Origin: Bacteroidia bacterium
GTDB lineage: Bacteria > Bacteroidota > Bacteroidia > Chitinophagales > JAUHXS01
Direction of reading: 5' to 3'
NCBI GenBank assembly: GCA_030426955.1
Contig: JAUHXS010000001.1
Coordinates: forward strand, 82,661-146,660
DNA length: 64,000 nucleotides
Both the position numbers and the translations under genes were made by a program. Numbering within the stretch: the stretch's first letter is position 1; each line of letters starts with the position of its first letter. The notes beneath the pieces are model-generated. The model saw only the letters and a list, made by a program, of their open reading frames with translations, was not told the origin of the DNA and did not search any database. Shown piece after piece: positions 44,260-53,042 of this stretch.

Positions 44260-45036
44260 GTGTATAAGATTATGATAATGAGAATGGCTCTTTTTATAGG
44301 CTTGATAGTGTTCATATCAAGCTGTAGTAATACAACAGCTAAGAAAAGGTACGAGGTTGCTTCTAGTTCAGTTGCTGTAGTTGAGCTATTTACATCAGAG
44401 GGATGTTCTAGTTGCCCCCCAGCAGATAAGTTGTTGAATGAACTTGTTGAAAATGTGGTAGATAATGACTTGCCAATATATGTGCTTGGTTTTCACGTAG
44501 ATTATTGGAACTATATTGGTTGGGAAGATCGATTTAGCGATCCTATCTATGCCACAAAGCAAAAGAGCTATGCGCAGATTTTAAATAGTAGTGTATATAC
44601 GCCACAAATGATTGTTAATGGCAGTCAGCAGTTTTTAGGATCGAGTAGACCCAAAATGGAATCGGCTTTGGAAAGCGCACTTAAAGTTCCAGCTAAAACA
44701 AATATTACTGTGCTTGGTAAAAAGACTGGAGCACAGGGGCAGTTGATTTTTGATTATCAGGTAAAGAATGTTCCTGAAAATAGTTATCTCAGTATTGGCA
44801 TTGTAGAAAGTAGCTTAAGTAGTGATATTCAAGCAGGAGAGAATAATGGTAAAAGTATTACGCATGCCAATGTTGTCAGGGCATATCGTGCTATTAACCT
44901 GAAAAAAGGAAATGGTGAGGGAGAGATAGGAATTGCTTTACCTAAAGAACTAAATCAGGCAAATTCTAAGGCCATATTATATGTGCAAAATAGAGGAGAT
45001 TTAGAAATTACAGGCGCAATTCAAATTGATTTATAG
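44260..45036 (+). CDS. DUF1223 domain-containing (thioredoxin-like) lipoprotein
   Basis: VVELFTSEGCSSCPPAD is the DUF1223 signature. The lipobox is VFISSCSN. The track start is GTG, and nearby in-frame ATG codons are alternatives. Confidence 0.7.
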   Translation: MYKIMIMRMALFIGLIVFISSCSNTTAKKRYEVASSSVAVVELFTSEGCSSCPPADKLLNELVENVVDNDLPIYVLGFHVDYWNYIGWEDRFSDPIYATKQKSYAQILNSSVYTPQMIVNGSQQFLGSSRPKMESALESALKVPAKTNITVLGKKTGAQGQLIFDYQVKNVPENSYLSIGIVESSLSSDIQAGENNGKSITHANVVRAYRAINLKKGNGEGEIGIALPKELNQANSKAILYVQNRGDLEITGAIQIDL

Positions 45037-45107
45037 CGCAGACTACTTGTGAATCATCAACTACTTTAGCTATATTAGCTTTCATATTAGGTATATAAAT
45101 ACCTCTA

Positions 45108-45629
45108 ATGAATAATATTATCCTCAAGTACGGAGGTTTAGCAGGCGGATTTATCGTAATGGCCTTTACGTTGGCGTTCATTGCCATAGGTACCAGTACC
45201 TATTCATTTAGAATTTTTGAATTATTTGGAATAGCTTCGATATTGGGTGGAACTGCTTTGGGTACTTATTTTTCCACCATGAGAGTTCGAGATTATCATT
45301 CTGGTGGAATATTGACATTCTCCAACGGGTTTAAAGTTTGTGTTCAAACTATAATGCTAGCAGCTTTTATTTCAGGGGGATATGTATATATCCATCTAGG
45401 TTTTATTGATCCGTCTTTTATGGAGATATATTATGAATTTAGTATTGAGCAAATACAGCAAAGCGGTGCTTCAGCAGAAGATATCGCTATTTTATTGAAG
45501 GACCTTGAAGCAAGCAGTGCACTCATTTTTAGACCCTCTTTTCATAGTATGGTTGTTTTTGCAACAGTCCTGTTTATTGGGTTGTTGGTTTCGCTTATTG
45601 TGACATTGGTTCAAAGAAGAGAGCACTAA
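45108..45629 (+). CDS. DUF4199-like membrane protein
   Basis: 173 aa with 4 TM segments. The start MNNIILKYGGLAGGFIV is typical of the Bacteroidota DUF4199 family. Confidence 0.5.
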   Translation: MNNIILKYGGLAGGFIVMAFTLAFIAIGTSTYSFRIFELFGIASILGGTALGTYFSTMRVRDYHSGGILTFSNGFKVCVQTIMLAAFISGGYVYIHLGFIDPSFMEIYYEFSIEQIQQSGASAEDIAILLKDLEASSALIFRPSFHSMVVFATVLFIGLLVSLIVTLVQRREH

Positions 45630-45633
45630 GAAA

Positions 45634-46596
45634 ATGATAGTTGTTACAGGAGCTGCCGGGTTTATTGCCAGTTGTTTAGTTTCAAAGCTCAATTCGTCAG
45701 GATATGACAATTTGATCTTAGTTGACGATTTTTCTCGTGAAAATAAGAGCAGAAACCTTGATGGTAAAAAGTTTATAGAAAAAATAGAGCGTTCTGTTTT
45801 TTTAGACTGGTTTAAAGAAAATGTAATTAATGTTGAGTTTGTTTATCACATAGGTGCTCGAACCGATACTACAGAGTTTGATAAATCTATATTTGACGAA
45901 CTCAACTTGAATTATTCTAAGCGTGTCTGGACAATCTGTGTAGAAAATCAAATCCCATTAGTGTATGCCTCATCAGCGGCTACCTATGGCTTAGGGGAGT
46001 TAGGTTATGACGACAATCACAATATAATCTCAGAATTAAAGCCTTTAAACCCCTATGGAGAGTCTAAAAACGGTTTTGATAAATGGGTTTTAGAACAAAA
46101 GCGAACACCTCCTAAGTGGCATGGTCTTAAGTTTTTTAACGTATATGGCCCGAATGAATATCACAAAGGAAGGATGGCTTCGGTCATTTTACATGCTTTT
46201 AACCAAATTAATGAAACTGGTGGCGTTAAGCTATTTAAGTCGCATCATAAAGATTACAAAGATGGAGAACAGCTTAGAGACTTTGTATATGTCAAAGACA
46301 TTGTTAATGTATGCACCTTTTTAATGAGTGATAAACCTAATTCAGGTATATATAATTTAGGAACGGGAGAAGCTAGAACATTTTTGGTATTAGCGAAAGC
46401 ATGCTTTGAGGCACTTAATAAGACAGAAAACATATCTTTTATCGATACTCCAGAGGATATCAGGGACAAATATCAATATTTTACGGAAGCTAATATGAAT
46501 AAACTGAGGTCAGTTGGGTATGAAAAGCCGTTTTATAGTCTAGAGGATGGGATTGCAGATTACATGAAATACCTTCAGGGGGGGCAAATCTATTAG
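45634..46596 (+). CDS. hldD: ADP-glyceromanno-heptose 6-epimerase
   Basis: Has the Rossmann motif IVVTGAAGFIAS, ASSAATYG, YGESK, and LKFFNVYGPNEYHKGRMASV, which is characteristic of HldD/RfaD. Confidence 0.85.
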   Translation: MIVVTGAAGFIASCLVSKLNSSGYDNLILVDDFSRENKSRNLDGKKFIEKIERSVFLDWFKENVINVEFVYHIGARTDTTEFDKSIFDELNLNYSKRVWTICVENQIPLVYASSAATYGLGELGYDDNHNIISELKPLNPYGESKNGFDKWVLEQKRTPPKWHGLKFFNVYGPNEYHKGRMASVILHAFNQINETGGVKLFKSHHKDYKDGEQLRDFVYVKDIVNVCTFLMSDKPNSGIYNLGTGEARTFLVLAKACFEALNKTENISFIDTPEDIRDKYQYFTEANMNKLRSVGYEKPFYSLEDGIADYMKYLQGGQIY

Positions 46597-46648
46597 AATA
46601 ATCGATGATACTCTGTTGGTTGAGTACAAATGAATTTAATATAAATTC

Positions 46649-46713
46649 GTCATGCTGAGGCACGAAGCACCTACCTTAAATAAAGTTAGATATTTCACTT
46701 CGTTCAATATGAC
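46649..46713. repeat. GTCAT...ATGAC repeat, full unit (65 nt)
   Basis: Sequence is GTCATGCTGAGGCACGAAGCACCTACC...GTTAGATATTTCACTTCGTTCAATATGAC. It lies 53 nt downstream of the hldD stop. Confidence 0.8.
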
Positions 46714-46886
46714 AAATTAGTGTTGATTCTGTGATAAACTATCCTGTGGATATTTATCTACAAGCCCTTATTGGGTGATCTAGGGCATTGTTGTTGATAA
46801 GTTCCATCTCCATAAGTCTTGTGCAGGCACAAAAATTATAGAAGTATATTTGAAAAACTAAATCTATTAGAACCCTTTATAGAATT

Positions 46887-47825
46887 CTAGTCTAGTACCA
46901 ATGTAGACTTTCCAGACAAGTAGTTGTCGTTATAGACCTCAATTTTATATGTTCCAGCAATAAACTCTGTTTCTTGACTCCAAGACATTGACATTGCCTT
47001 AGATTCATTGTTAAAGTTGATTGTCTTTCGAAGAGAATACTTAATCTGAGAATTCATCCCCTCAGGTGTAAACATTCCTGATCCTTTGCTATCAACAGAC
47101 AGTGTTGTGCCATCAGGTGCTACTATTCTCAATAGTAATTCTTTCTCTCCTGGTTCTGCTACTTTATTCTCTGCTACTACAAAATTTACATCAATTTTGT
47201 TTGTCTTTTTAGCTTTTGTTGTCTCTTTTTCCTTGCCACTTCCTTTTACCTGAATGCCAGAAGCATTGATCTCTACTGCTTTTAAAATAGAGCCCACTGC
47301 TACTTTAGCCGATAGTTCATCATTTGTTTGCATTAGCTTTTCATTTTCCTCCAATCCAGCAGCAATTTTTTGATTGAGCGTATCAACCGTAATGGCAAAT
47401 GCCTTCTTCATAGAATCAATTCTGGCAATATAGTTGTCAATAGAGCGATTCAGACCATCTACAAGGGCTTTCTTCTTATAATATTGCCCTTTGAAATAAA
47501 TGAGCTTTTTGATTTCCTCTTTTTGGCTTGCTAGCTCTTCCAATTGCATTTGAATAACACTATCTAGTTCGGCATTTTTTCCTAATTGAGCCTCAAGGTC
47601 AGCTTTTGCTTGGTTATAGTCTTGCTCTAATTTGATTTTTAATGTTTCAATAGAATCTCTTTGAATTGTTAGCTTTTCATTACTCTCATTGGCTTGCCAG
47701 TTGTAAAATAGAAGAAAGCCATTTAATATTAGTAATACTACAATGAATATTACTGGCAATATGGGCTTTTTGCTTTTCTTTTTAGCTTCCGTTGGAGTAG
47801 CTTCTTTGGTGGTTTTTTCAGCCAT
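46887..47825 (-). CDS. hypothetical membrane-anchored coiled-coil protein with a C-terminal beta-rich domain
   Basis: It has an N-terminal TM helix (ILPVIFIVVLLILNGFLLFY), about 150 aa of heptad-like coiled coil, and a C-terminal beta domain. I recognised no family. Confidence 0.45.
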   Translation of the reverse strand: MAEKTTKEATPTEAKKKSKKPILPVIFIVVLLILNGFLLFYNWQANESNEKLTIQRDSIETLKIKLEQDYNQAKADLEAQLGKNAELDSVIQMQLEELASQKEEIKKLIYFKGQYYKKKALVDGLNRSIDNYIARIDSMKKAFAITVDTLNQKIAAGLEENEKLMQTNDELSAKVAVGSILKAVEINASGIQVKGSGKEKETTKAKKTNKIDVNFVVAENKVAEPGEKELLLRIVAPDGTTLSVDSKGSGMFTPEGMNSQIKYSLRKTINFNNESKAMSMSWSQETEFIAGTYKIEVYNDNYLSGKSTLVLD

Positions 47826-47851
47826 TATCGTATTGTTATTTTACAACTATT

Positions 47852-47859
47852 CAAATTTA
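47852..47859 (-). promoter_or_regulatory. candidate -7 promoter box (TAAATTTG) for the 46887-47825 gene
   Basis: Exact TAnnTTTG on the minus strand, 26 nt upstream of the ATG. Confidence 0.4.
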
Positions 47860-47922
47860 GTTTTGTCTAACGTAAAATAACGTCATTTTTTTTACATTTA
47901 CAACCAATTCAAAGCTTTAAAA

Positions 47923-48645
47923 ATGTTAGCAGAATTAAATATTGCAAATGTACTTGTCTTAGACATTGAAACGGTTCCCATTACAAGTACTTTTGATGAA
48001 TTATCGGATGATTTTAAGGCATTGTGGGAGAAAAAGTCTTCCAATATTGCTGATGGTGAAGATCCTAGAGAAACATTTTTTGATAAAGCTGGAATCTACG
48101 CTGAGTTTTCAAAGATCGTTTGTATTTCAGTAGGGGCTTTTGTTACCAACAACGAAAATGGTAATACAGGGCTTCGAATTAAGTCTTTTGCTGGTGGTAA
48201 TGAGCAGAAAATATTATCAGACTTCGCTGAACTGCTAAACTTGAAATACAGTCATGCCAGTAGTAGCCTCTGCGGACATAATATCAAAGAGTTCGATGTT
48301 CCTTTCGTTTGCAGAAGAATGTTGGTGAATGGGGTTAGACTTCCTAAAATTCTTGATATCGCAGGAAAAAAGCCGTGGGAAGTAAATTATATAGATACCA
48401 TGCAGTTATGGAAGTTTGGAGACTATAAAAGCTATACTTCCTTAAATCTTTTAGCAGCATTATTCAATATTCCAACTCCTAAAGATGATATTGACGGGAG
48501 CCAGGTAGCAGGAGTTTATTGGAGGGATAATGATTTGGATAGAATTGTAACTTATTGTCAGAAAGATGTGATAACAACAGCACAAATTTTATTAAAGTAT
48601 AAGAGTATTCCGATTATTAAAGAGCAGGATATTGCCTTTGTCTAG
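47923..48645 (+). CDS. RNase H-like fold 3'-5' exonuclease domain protein
   Basis: VLDIETVP (ExoI-like DxE), GHNIKEFDVPF (ExoII-like) and YCQKDV (ExoIII-like) resemble PolB-type exonuclease domains. Confidence 0.6.
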   Translation: MLAELNIANVLVLDIETVPITSTFDELSDDFKALWEKKSSNIADGEDPRETFFDKAGIYAEFSKIVCISVGAFVTNNENGNTGLRIKSFAGGNEQKILSDFAELLNLKYSHASSSLCGHNIKEFDVPFVCRRMLVNGVRLPKILDIAGKKPWEVNYIDTMQLWKFGDYKSYTSLNLLAALFNIPTPKDDIDGSQVAGVYWRDNDLDRIVTYCQKDVITTAQILLKYKSIPIIKEQDIAFV

Positions 48646-48710
48646 TTTTCAGTAGCCAATAGCCATAAGGTAGTAGTAAAGAGTTATCTCGCAAAACCTA
48701 AGCTATAGTC

Positions 48711-49550
48711 TTAAGCAATTAAAATTGCGTGATCTGAGACAACATTACAGGTTGATAGTAATTTATTTACAGCTGCCTTGCCCGTCTCACCTAAGTCTAA
48801 AGTAAATTGATTGACATATAAATCAATATGTTGCTGACAAACATGCTCATCCATTTCTTGAGCATTTTCTCTAATGAAGCTTTTAGCCGACTCAGGGGTT
48901 TCAAAAGCAAAAGCTATGCTTCGTTTTAAGACCCGGTCAATCTTTTGAATGATCTCTGTTTTAAGAGACCGCTTAGCAACGATGCCTCCTAATGGGATAG
49001 GAAGTCCTGTTTTTTTCTCCCAATATTCGCCCAAGTCCATTATTTTCTTTAACCCTTTTTCCTGATAAGTAAATCTATTCTCATGGATAATGACTCCTAA
49101 ATGAACTTTGCCAGACAGGACTGCATCCTCTATCTCCGAGAATAAAAACGCCTGTTTCTGTATTATCTCAGGATAAGCAAATTGTAATAAAAAGTTAGCT
49201 GTAGTATATTTTCCAGGAATAGCAACCGATATTTCAGATTGTGGGTTTACGAGTTTGGATTTTAATTCGTCAATCGACATTCTGAAATCTGAAATTAAGA
49301 GTGGTCCACAATTGTTTCCTAGTGCACTTCCAGAGTTAAGCAAAACATAATCTCGAATACAATATGCAAAAGCGTGGTAACTCAATTTTGTTATGTCAAG
49401 TTCATTGTTAAGTGCTCGTTGATTAAGCGCCTCGACATCTTCCATAATTACTTTAAATGTTAAACCTTCTGTGTCGATCTTTTCATGAATCAATGCATCG
49501 AAAATAAAGGTATCATTTGGGCACGGGGAGAAGCCAAGTGTTAATTCCAT
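48711..49550 (-). CDS. mqnD: 1,4-dihydroxy-6-naphthoate synthase (futalosine pathway)
   Basis: The N-terminus LTLGFSPCPNDTFIFDALIHEKID is characteristic of MqnD (VitK2_biosynth family). It is 279 aa. Confidence 0.82.
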   Translation of the reverse strand: MELTLGFSPCPNDTFIFDALIHEKIDTEGLTFKVIMEDVEALNQRALNNELDITKLSYHAFAYCIRDYVLLNSGSALGNNCGPLLISDFRMSIDELKSKLVNPQSEISVAIPGKYTTANFLLQFAYPEIIQKQAFLFSEIEDAVLSGKVHLGVIIHENRFTYQEKGLKKIMDLGEYWEKKTGLPIPLGGIVAKRSLKTEIIQKIDRVLKRSIAFAFETPESAKSFIRENAQEMDEHVCQQHIDLYVNQFTLDLGETGKAAVNKLLSTCNVVSDHAILIA

Positions 49551-49552
49551 AA

Positions 49553-50179
49553 CTATTTTTGTATTATTCTGAACGAAAATCCTGCTGAAACATAGAAATC
49601 GTTAAAATCTAAAAGTCCACCTGATAGGTCAATTTGTATATCATTATTTATACGATGAGTAATTCCCGCATTTAGTTGCTCGTAATTATTTCCCAAGTAT
49701 AACTCAACATAAGATGCCGTTTTATCTCCTAAGCTTTTTCCCAATAGGTAAATAGTATACCAGTCTGTATCGTGACCTAGGTTAAAAGTGTAAAAGAATG
49801 AGCTTCCTAAACTATTACTTGTAGAGAAGGTGTAATTCTGAACACCTTTGTGAAAATCATAGTTTAGTATAAAAGATATTCCAGGTCTTGCTTTTTGACT
49901 ATGAAGTAAGACTACTTTTGCTCCTAAATCAAGAAATCTGGATGTAAAATCTGTGGCCGCCCTGAACTCAATTCTTTCAGATAACCCTAGCCTGAAAAAT
50001 GTATTGCCATATAAGGTATCTATGGAGCTGTAGCCAATACCATTTTCAGCTTGAATAACACCTGGTGCAATTATCGTATAAGACTCTGTTTGTGTTGGTC
50101 TTTGCACATCGATAAATTCTTGTGAAAAGATCTTAAGGCTAAATAATGCAAGAAATAATAATGGAATAAGTTTATTCAT
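49553..50179 (-). CDS. hypothetical exported beta-rich protein (possible small outer-membrane beta-barrel)
   Basis: It has a signal peptide (LIPLLFLALFSLKIFSQ), alternating beta-strand-like segments, and a C-terminal ...YVSAGFSFRIIQK. It is packed between mqnB and mqnD with 7-nt and 2-nt gaps. Confidence 0.45.
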   Translation of the reverse strand: MNKLIPLLFLALFSLKIFSQEFIDVQRPTQTESYTIIAPGVIQAENGIGYSSIDTLYGNTFFRLGLSERIEFRAATDFTSRFLDLGAKVVLLHSQKARPGISFILNYDFHKGVQNYTFSTSNSLGSSFFYTFNLGHDTDWYTIYLLGKSLGDKTASYVELYLGNNYEQLNAGITHRINNDIQIDLSGGLLDFNDFYVSAGFSFRIIQK

Positions 50180-50186
50180 AAATTAA

Positions 50187-50840
50187 TTAAATAAAGGTTA
50201 AGGTCTCTTGATTTAAGTTCTTGATGGCCTTGTTGATTTTCCAATTGTCTCTATTTCTAGGTTCAACATAGTTTGAAATGGCTCTAATCGCAGAGAATGG
50301 AACTTGCTCTTGCAAGCAACAATAAAAGAATGCGGCACTTTCCATGCTCTCTACATCAGGATGATATTTATCAATCATAGCTTGTATAGCGCTTTCTTCA
50401 CCATTTACCTTGTTGACTGTTATACCAGAAACTTTTTTCAATCCGTTATCCTCGATACTAGGATTGATGAATTTGCCATTTTTGAGAGGGAATGAATCGG
50501 GAGACTCTAGCCCCAATTCAAAACTATCTAGAAACTTACCATTGTCATCTGCACCTAGGTCGCCCAATCTATCTTCATTTATATTAACAACTTCTCCAAT
50601 GTTTAAGCTTTTATTATAAGCTCCACAAATGCCAATATTTATGGCCTCGTCATACTTTTTTGATAGTAATTGCTTAGTTAGATGATAGGTTGTGTTGAGT
50701 ATGCCAATTCCCGTAATTAGAATGTCTAATGTACCATTCGATAAAAGATTATTTTCGTTAGTGTTAGGTGGGCTTATCTTAAGATGTTTAACAAGTGGCG
50801 CAATTTCTTGATATGTCGCACTAACAATCAATTTAGACAT
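50187..50840 (-). CDS. mqnB: futalosine hydrolase (PNP/MTAN-fold nucleosidase)
   Basis: 217 aa. Contains ILITGIGILNT, NIGICGAYN and ESMESAAFFYCC...PFSAIRAISNYV, typical of the MqnB/MTA nucleosidase family. It shares an operon with mqnD. Confidence 0.75.
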   Translation of the reverse strand: MSKLIVSATYQEIAPLVKHLKISPPNTNENNLLSNGTLDILITGIGILNTTYHLTKQLLSKKYDEAINIGICGAYNKSLNIGEVVNINEDRLGDLGADDNGKFLDSFELGLESPDSFPLKNGKFINPSIEDNGLKKVSGITVNKVNGEESAIQAMIDKYHPDVESMESAAFFYCCLQEQVPFSAIRAISNYVEPRNRDNWKINKAIKNLNQETLTFI

Positions 50841-50876
50841 CCGACGAAATTAAGTATAAAATCGTTATTTATTTAC

Positions 50877-50884
50877 TAATTTTG
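50877..50884 (+). promoter_or_regulatory. candidate -7 promoter box (TAATTTTG) abutting the queD-like start codon
   Basis: Exact TAnnTTTG, only 4 nt upstream of the ATG at 50889. This predicts a leaderless or near-leaderless mRNA. Confidence 0.35.
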
Positions 50885-50888
50885 CACC

Positions 50889-51299
50889 ATGCTTTATATT
50901 ACCAGGAAAGAACATTTTAACGCAGCACATCGTTTGCACAATCCTGATTGGACGCATGAACAAAATGAAGCAGTCTTTGGCAAGTGCAATAATGCCAATT
51001 GGCATGGACATAATTATAACCTTTATGTAACAATAAAAGGGCAACCAAACCCTGATACAGGATTCATTATGAATGTCAAAGAACTTAGTGATATAATAAA
51101 CGAACATGTCTTGGAAAAGCTAGACCATAAGAATCTAAACGTAGATGTTGCCTTTATGAAGGGTATTTTACCATCAACAGAAAATCTGGCAAAAGCCATA
51201 TGGCAACAATTAGAGCCTCATATCAAGGAGTGCCAACTACATGCTATAAAATTGTATGAAACAGAGGCAATCTATGCTGAATATTTTGGCGAAAACTAA
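50889..51299 (+). CDS. queD: 6-carboxytetrahydropterin / 6-pyruvoyl-tetrahydropterin synthase family protein
   Basis: 136 aa. Contains FNAAHRL and [11 protein letters not shown] (Cys plus His zinc/catalytic motif). It is adjacent to folE. I cannot separate the QueD and PTPS subtypes by eye. Confidence 0.8.
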   Translation: MLYITRKEHFNAAHRLHNPDWTHEQNEAVFGKCNNANWHGHNYNLYVTIKGQPNPDTGFIMNVKELSDIINEHVLEKLDHKNLNVDVAFMKGILPSTENLAKAIWQQLEPHIKECQLHAIKLYETEAIYAEYFGEN

Positions 51300-51307
51300 A
51301 AACACAA

Positions 51308-51907
51308 GTGACAACATATAAAAAGGTAGATAACTATAACGATCAGTTGACTAATGAACTTTCAGATCATTATAAGTCAATTATAGATAAGCTTGGTGAA
51401 GATGTGAATAGGGAAGGATTAGAGAAAACTCCCGAGCGTATTTCTAAAGCCATGCAGTTTTTTATGCAAGGTTATGACCAAGATCCTGTAGCAATATTAA
51501 ATTCAGCTAAGTTTAAAGAGGAGTACAGCGAAATGGTCATTGTAAAAGATATCGAACTGTATTCGCTTTGCGAACATCACATGGTGCCTTTTTTCGGGAA
51601 AGCACATATTGCATACATTCCTAATGGTCATATTGTTGGACTGAGCAAAATACCGAGAATTGTAGATGTGTTTGCAAGAAGGTTGCAAGTTCAAGAACGA
51701 TTGACAGGACAGATCAGAGACTGTATTAACGAGACGCTCAAGCCATTAGGAGTTGCTGTGGTTGTAGAGGCTAAACATTTATGTATGATGATGCGCGGGG
51801 CGCAAAAACAAAATTCAGTAACGACCACTTCCGCATTTGTAGGAGAGTTTGAGAAAGAAGCAACAAGAAACGAATTTATTAATCTAATTGAAGCAAAGTT
51901 GAGCTAA
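51308..51907 (+). CDS. folE: GTP cyclohydrolase I (FolE type I)
   Basis: Contains [19 protein letters not shown] and [23 protein letters not shown]. The start codon is GTG. Confidence 0.93.
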   Translation: MTTYKKVDNYNDQLTNELSDHYKSIIDKLGEDVNREGLEKTPERISKAMQFFMQGYDQDPVAILNSAKFKEEYSEMVIVKDIELYSLCEHHMVPFFGKAHIAYIPNGHIVGLSKIPRIVDVFARRLQVQERLTGQIRDCINETLKPLGVAVVVEAKHLCMMMRGAQKQNSVTTTSAFVGEFEKEATRNEFINLIEAKLS

Positions 51908-51980
51908 TTGAGCAGTTTGGAGTTTGTAATTCATAATTGAAAGCTACAAATTCTGAATTCTAAACTATAAACTAAAAAAC

Positions 51981-52853
51981 ATGAAAGCGTACATTTTTCC
52001 AGGGCAGGGAGCACAATTTGTAGGAATGGGTAAAGAGCTTTATGACTCTTCCGCTGAGGCTAAAGCATTATTTGATAAAGCAAATGAAGTATTAGGATTT
52101 AATATAACCAATACCATGTTTGCAGGAACAGATGAGGAATTGAAGCAGACTAAAGTAACACAACCCGCTATTTTTCTACACTCGGTTATTTTAGCTACAA
52201 ACATCGAGGACTTTAAACCTAATATGGTTGCAGGGCACTCATTAGGAGAGTTTTCCTCTTTAGTAGCCAATGGGACTTTATCTTTTGAAGATGGTCTTTC
52301 TTTGGTAAGCAAAAGAGCATTGGCCATGCAAAAAGCGTGTGAAGCAAATCCTTCTACTATGGCTGCGATATTAGGATTGGAAGATAAAGTGGTTGAAGAA
52401 ATTTGCAATAATATTGATGAGGTCGTAGTTGCCGCAAATTACAACTGTCCCGGACAGTTAGTTATATCAGGTTCAAATAAAGGAATCGAAATAGCTTGCG
52501 AGCAGTTGAAAGAGGCTGGTGCAAAAAGAGCTTTGCCATTAAATGTAGGAGGTGCTTTTCACTCACCTTTAATGGAATCGGCTAGAGTAGAACTAGAGGA
52601 GGCGATTAATCATGTTACTTTCAATGAGCCGATTTGCCCAGTTTATCAAAACTATACAGCCAGACCAACTAGCAATGCTGACGAGATTAAGGAAAACCTA
52701 ATTGCACAATTGACAGCACCGGTTAGATGGACACAGACCGTTGAAAATATGATTGCCGATGGGGCATCAAGCTTTACTGAAGTTGGTCCAGGAAAGGTAT
52801 TACAAGGATTAGTGAAAAAAGTAAGTAGAGAAATGGAAACAATGAGTGCGTAA
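51981..52853 (+). CDS. fabD: malonyl CoA-acyl carrier protein transacylase
   Basis: Contains FPGQGAQFVGMG, the active-site GHSLGEFS, and GAFHSPLM. Confidence 0.93.
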   Translation: MKAYIFPGQGAQFVGMGKELYDSSAEAKALFDKANEVLGFNITNTMFAGTDEELKQTKVTQPAIFLHSVILATNIEDFKPNMVAGHSLGEFSSLVANGTLSFEDGLSLVSKRALAMQKACEANPSTMAAILGLEDKVVEEICNNIDEVVVAANYNCPGQLVISGSNKGIEIACEQLKEAGAKRALPLNVGGAFHSPLMESARVELEEAINHVTFNEPICPVYQNYTARPTSNADEIKENLIAQLTAPVRWTQTVENMIADGASSFTEVGPGKVLQGLVKKVSREMETMSA

Positions 52854-52897
52854 GTTAATAAATGACAAAAGACACAAAAAATAAATAAAAACCTCTT

Positions 52898-52996
52898 GTC
52901 ATTTCTCATCCGCCAACTGGCGGATGAGAAATCCACCTTGATGAAAAGTTAGACCTGCCTGACGGCTAGGCAGGTTTCTCCTATCGTCGAAATGAC
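52898..52996. repeat. GTCAT...ATGAC repeat, full unit (99 nt) with two internal palindromic modules
   Basis: Sequence is GTCATTTCTCATCCGCCAACTGGCGGATGAGAAATCCACC...GACCTGCCTGACGGCTAGGCAGGTTTCTCCTATCGTCGAAATGAC. It lies 45 nt downstream of the fabD stop. Confidence 0.8.
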
Positions 52997-53042
52997 TGGG
53001 CTTTGTTAGGCTTAGCTTTAACAAGCTCTCAAAAAAACAATT

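Noticed and set aside
46845-46852. TATATTTG promoter-like box on the plus strand in the hldD downstream gap
   Set aside because: No plus-strand gene follows it; it points into the 3' end of a convergent gene. About 85 chance matches are expected in the window on both strands by my rough estimate, so it is most likely random.
52040-52936. Minus-strand ORFs antisense to fabD (52040-52408, 52652-52936)
   Set aside because: They overlap the well-supported fabD CDS and, at the 3' end, the repeat unit at 52898-52996. They have no motifs.
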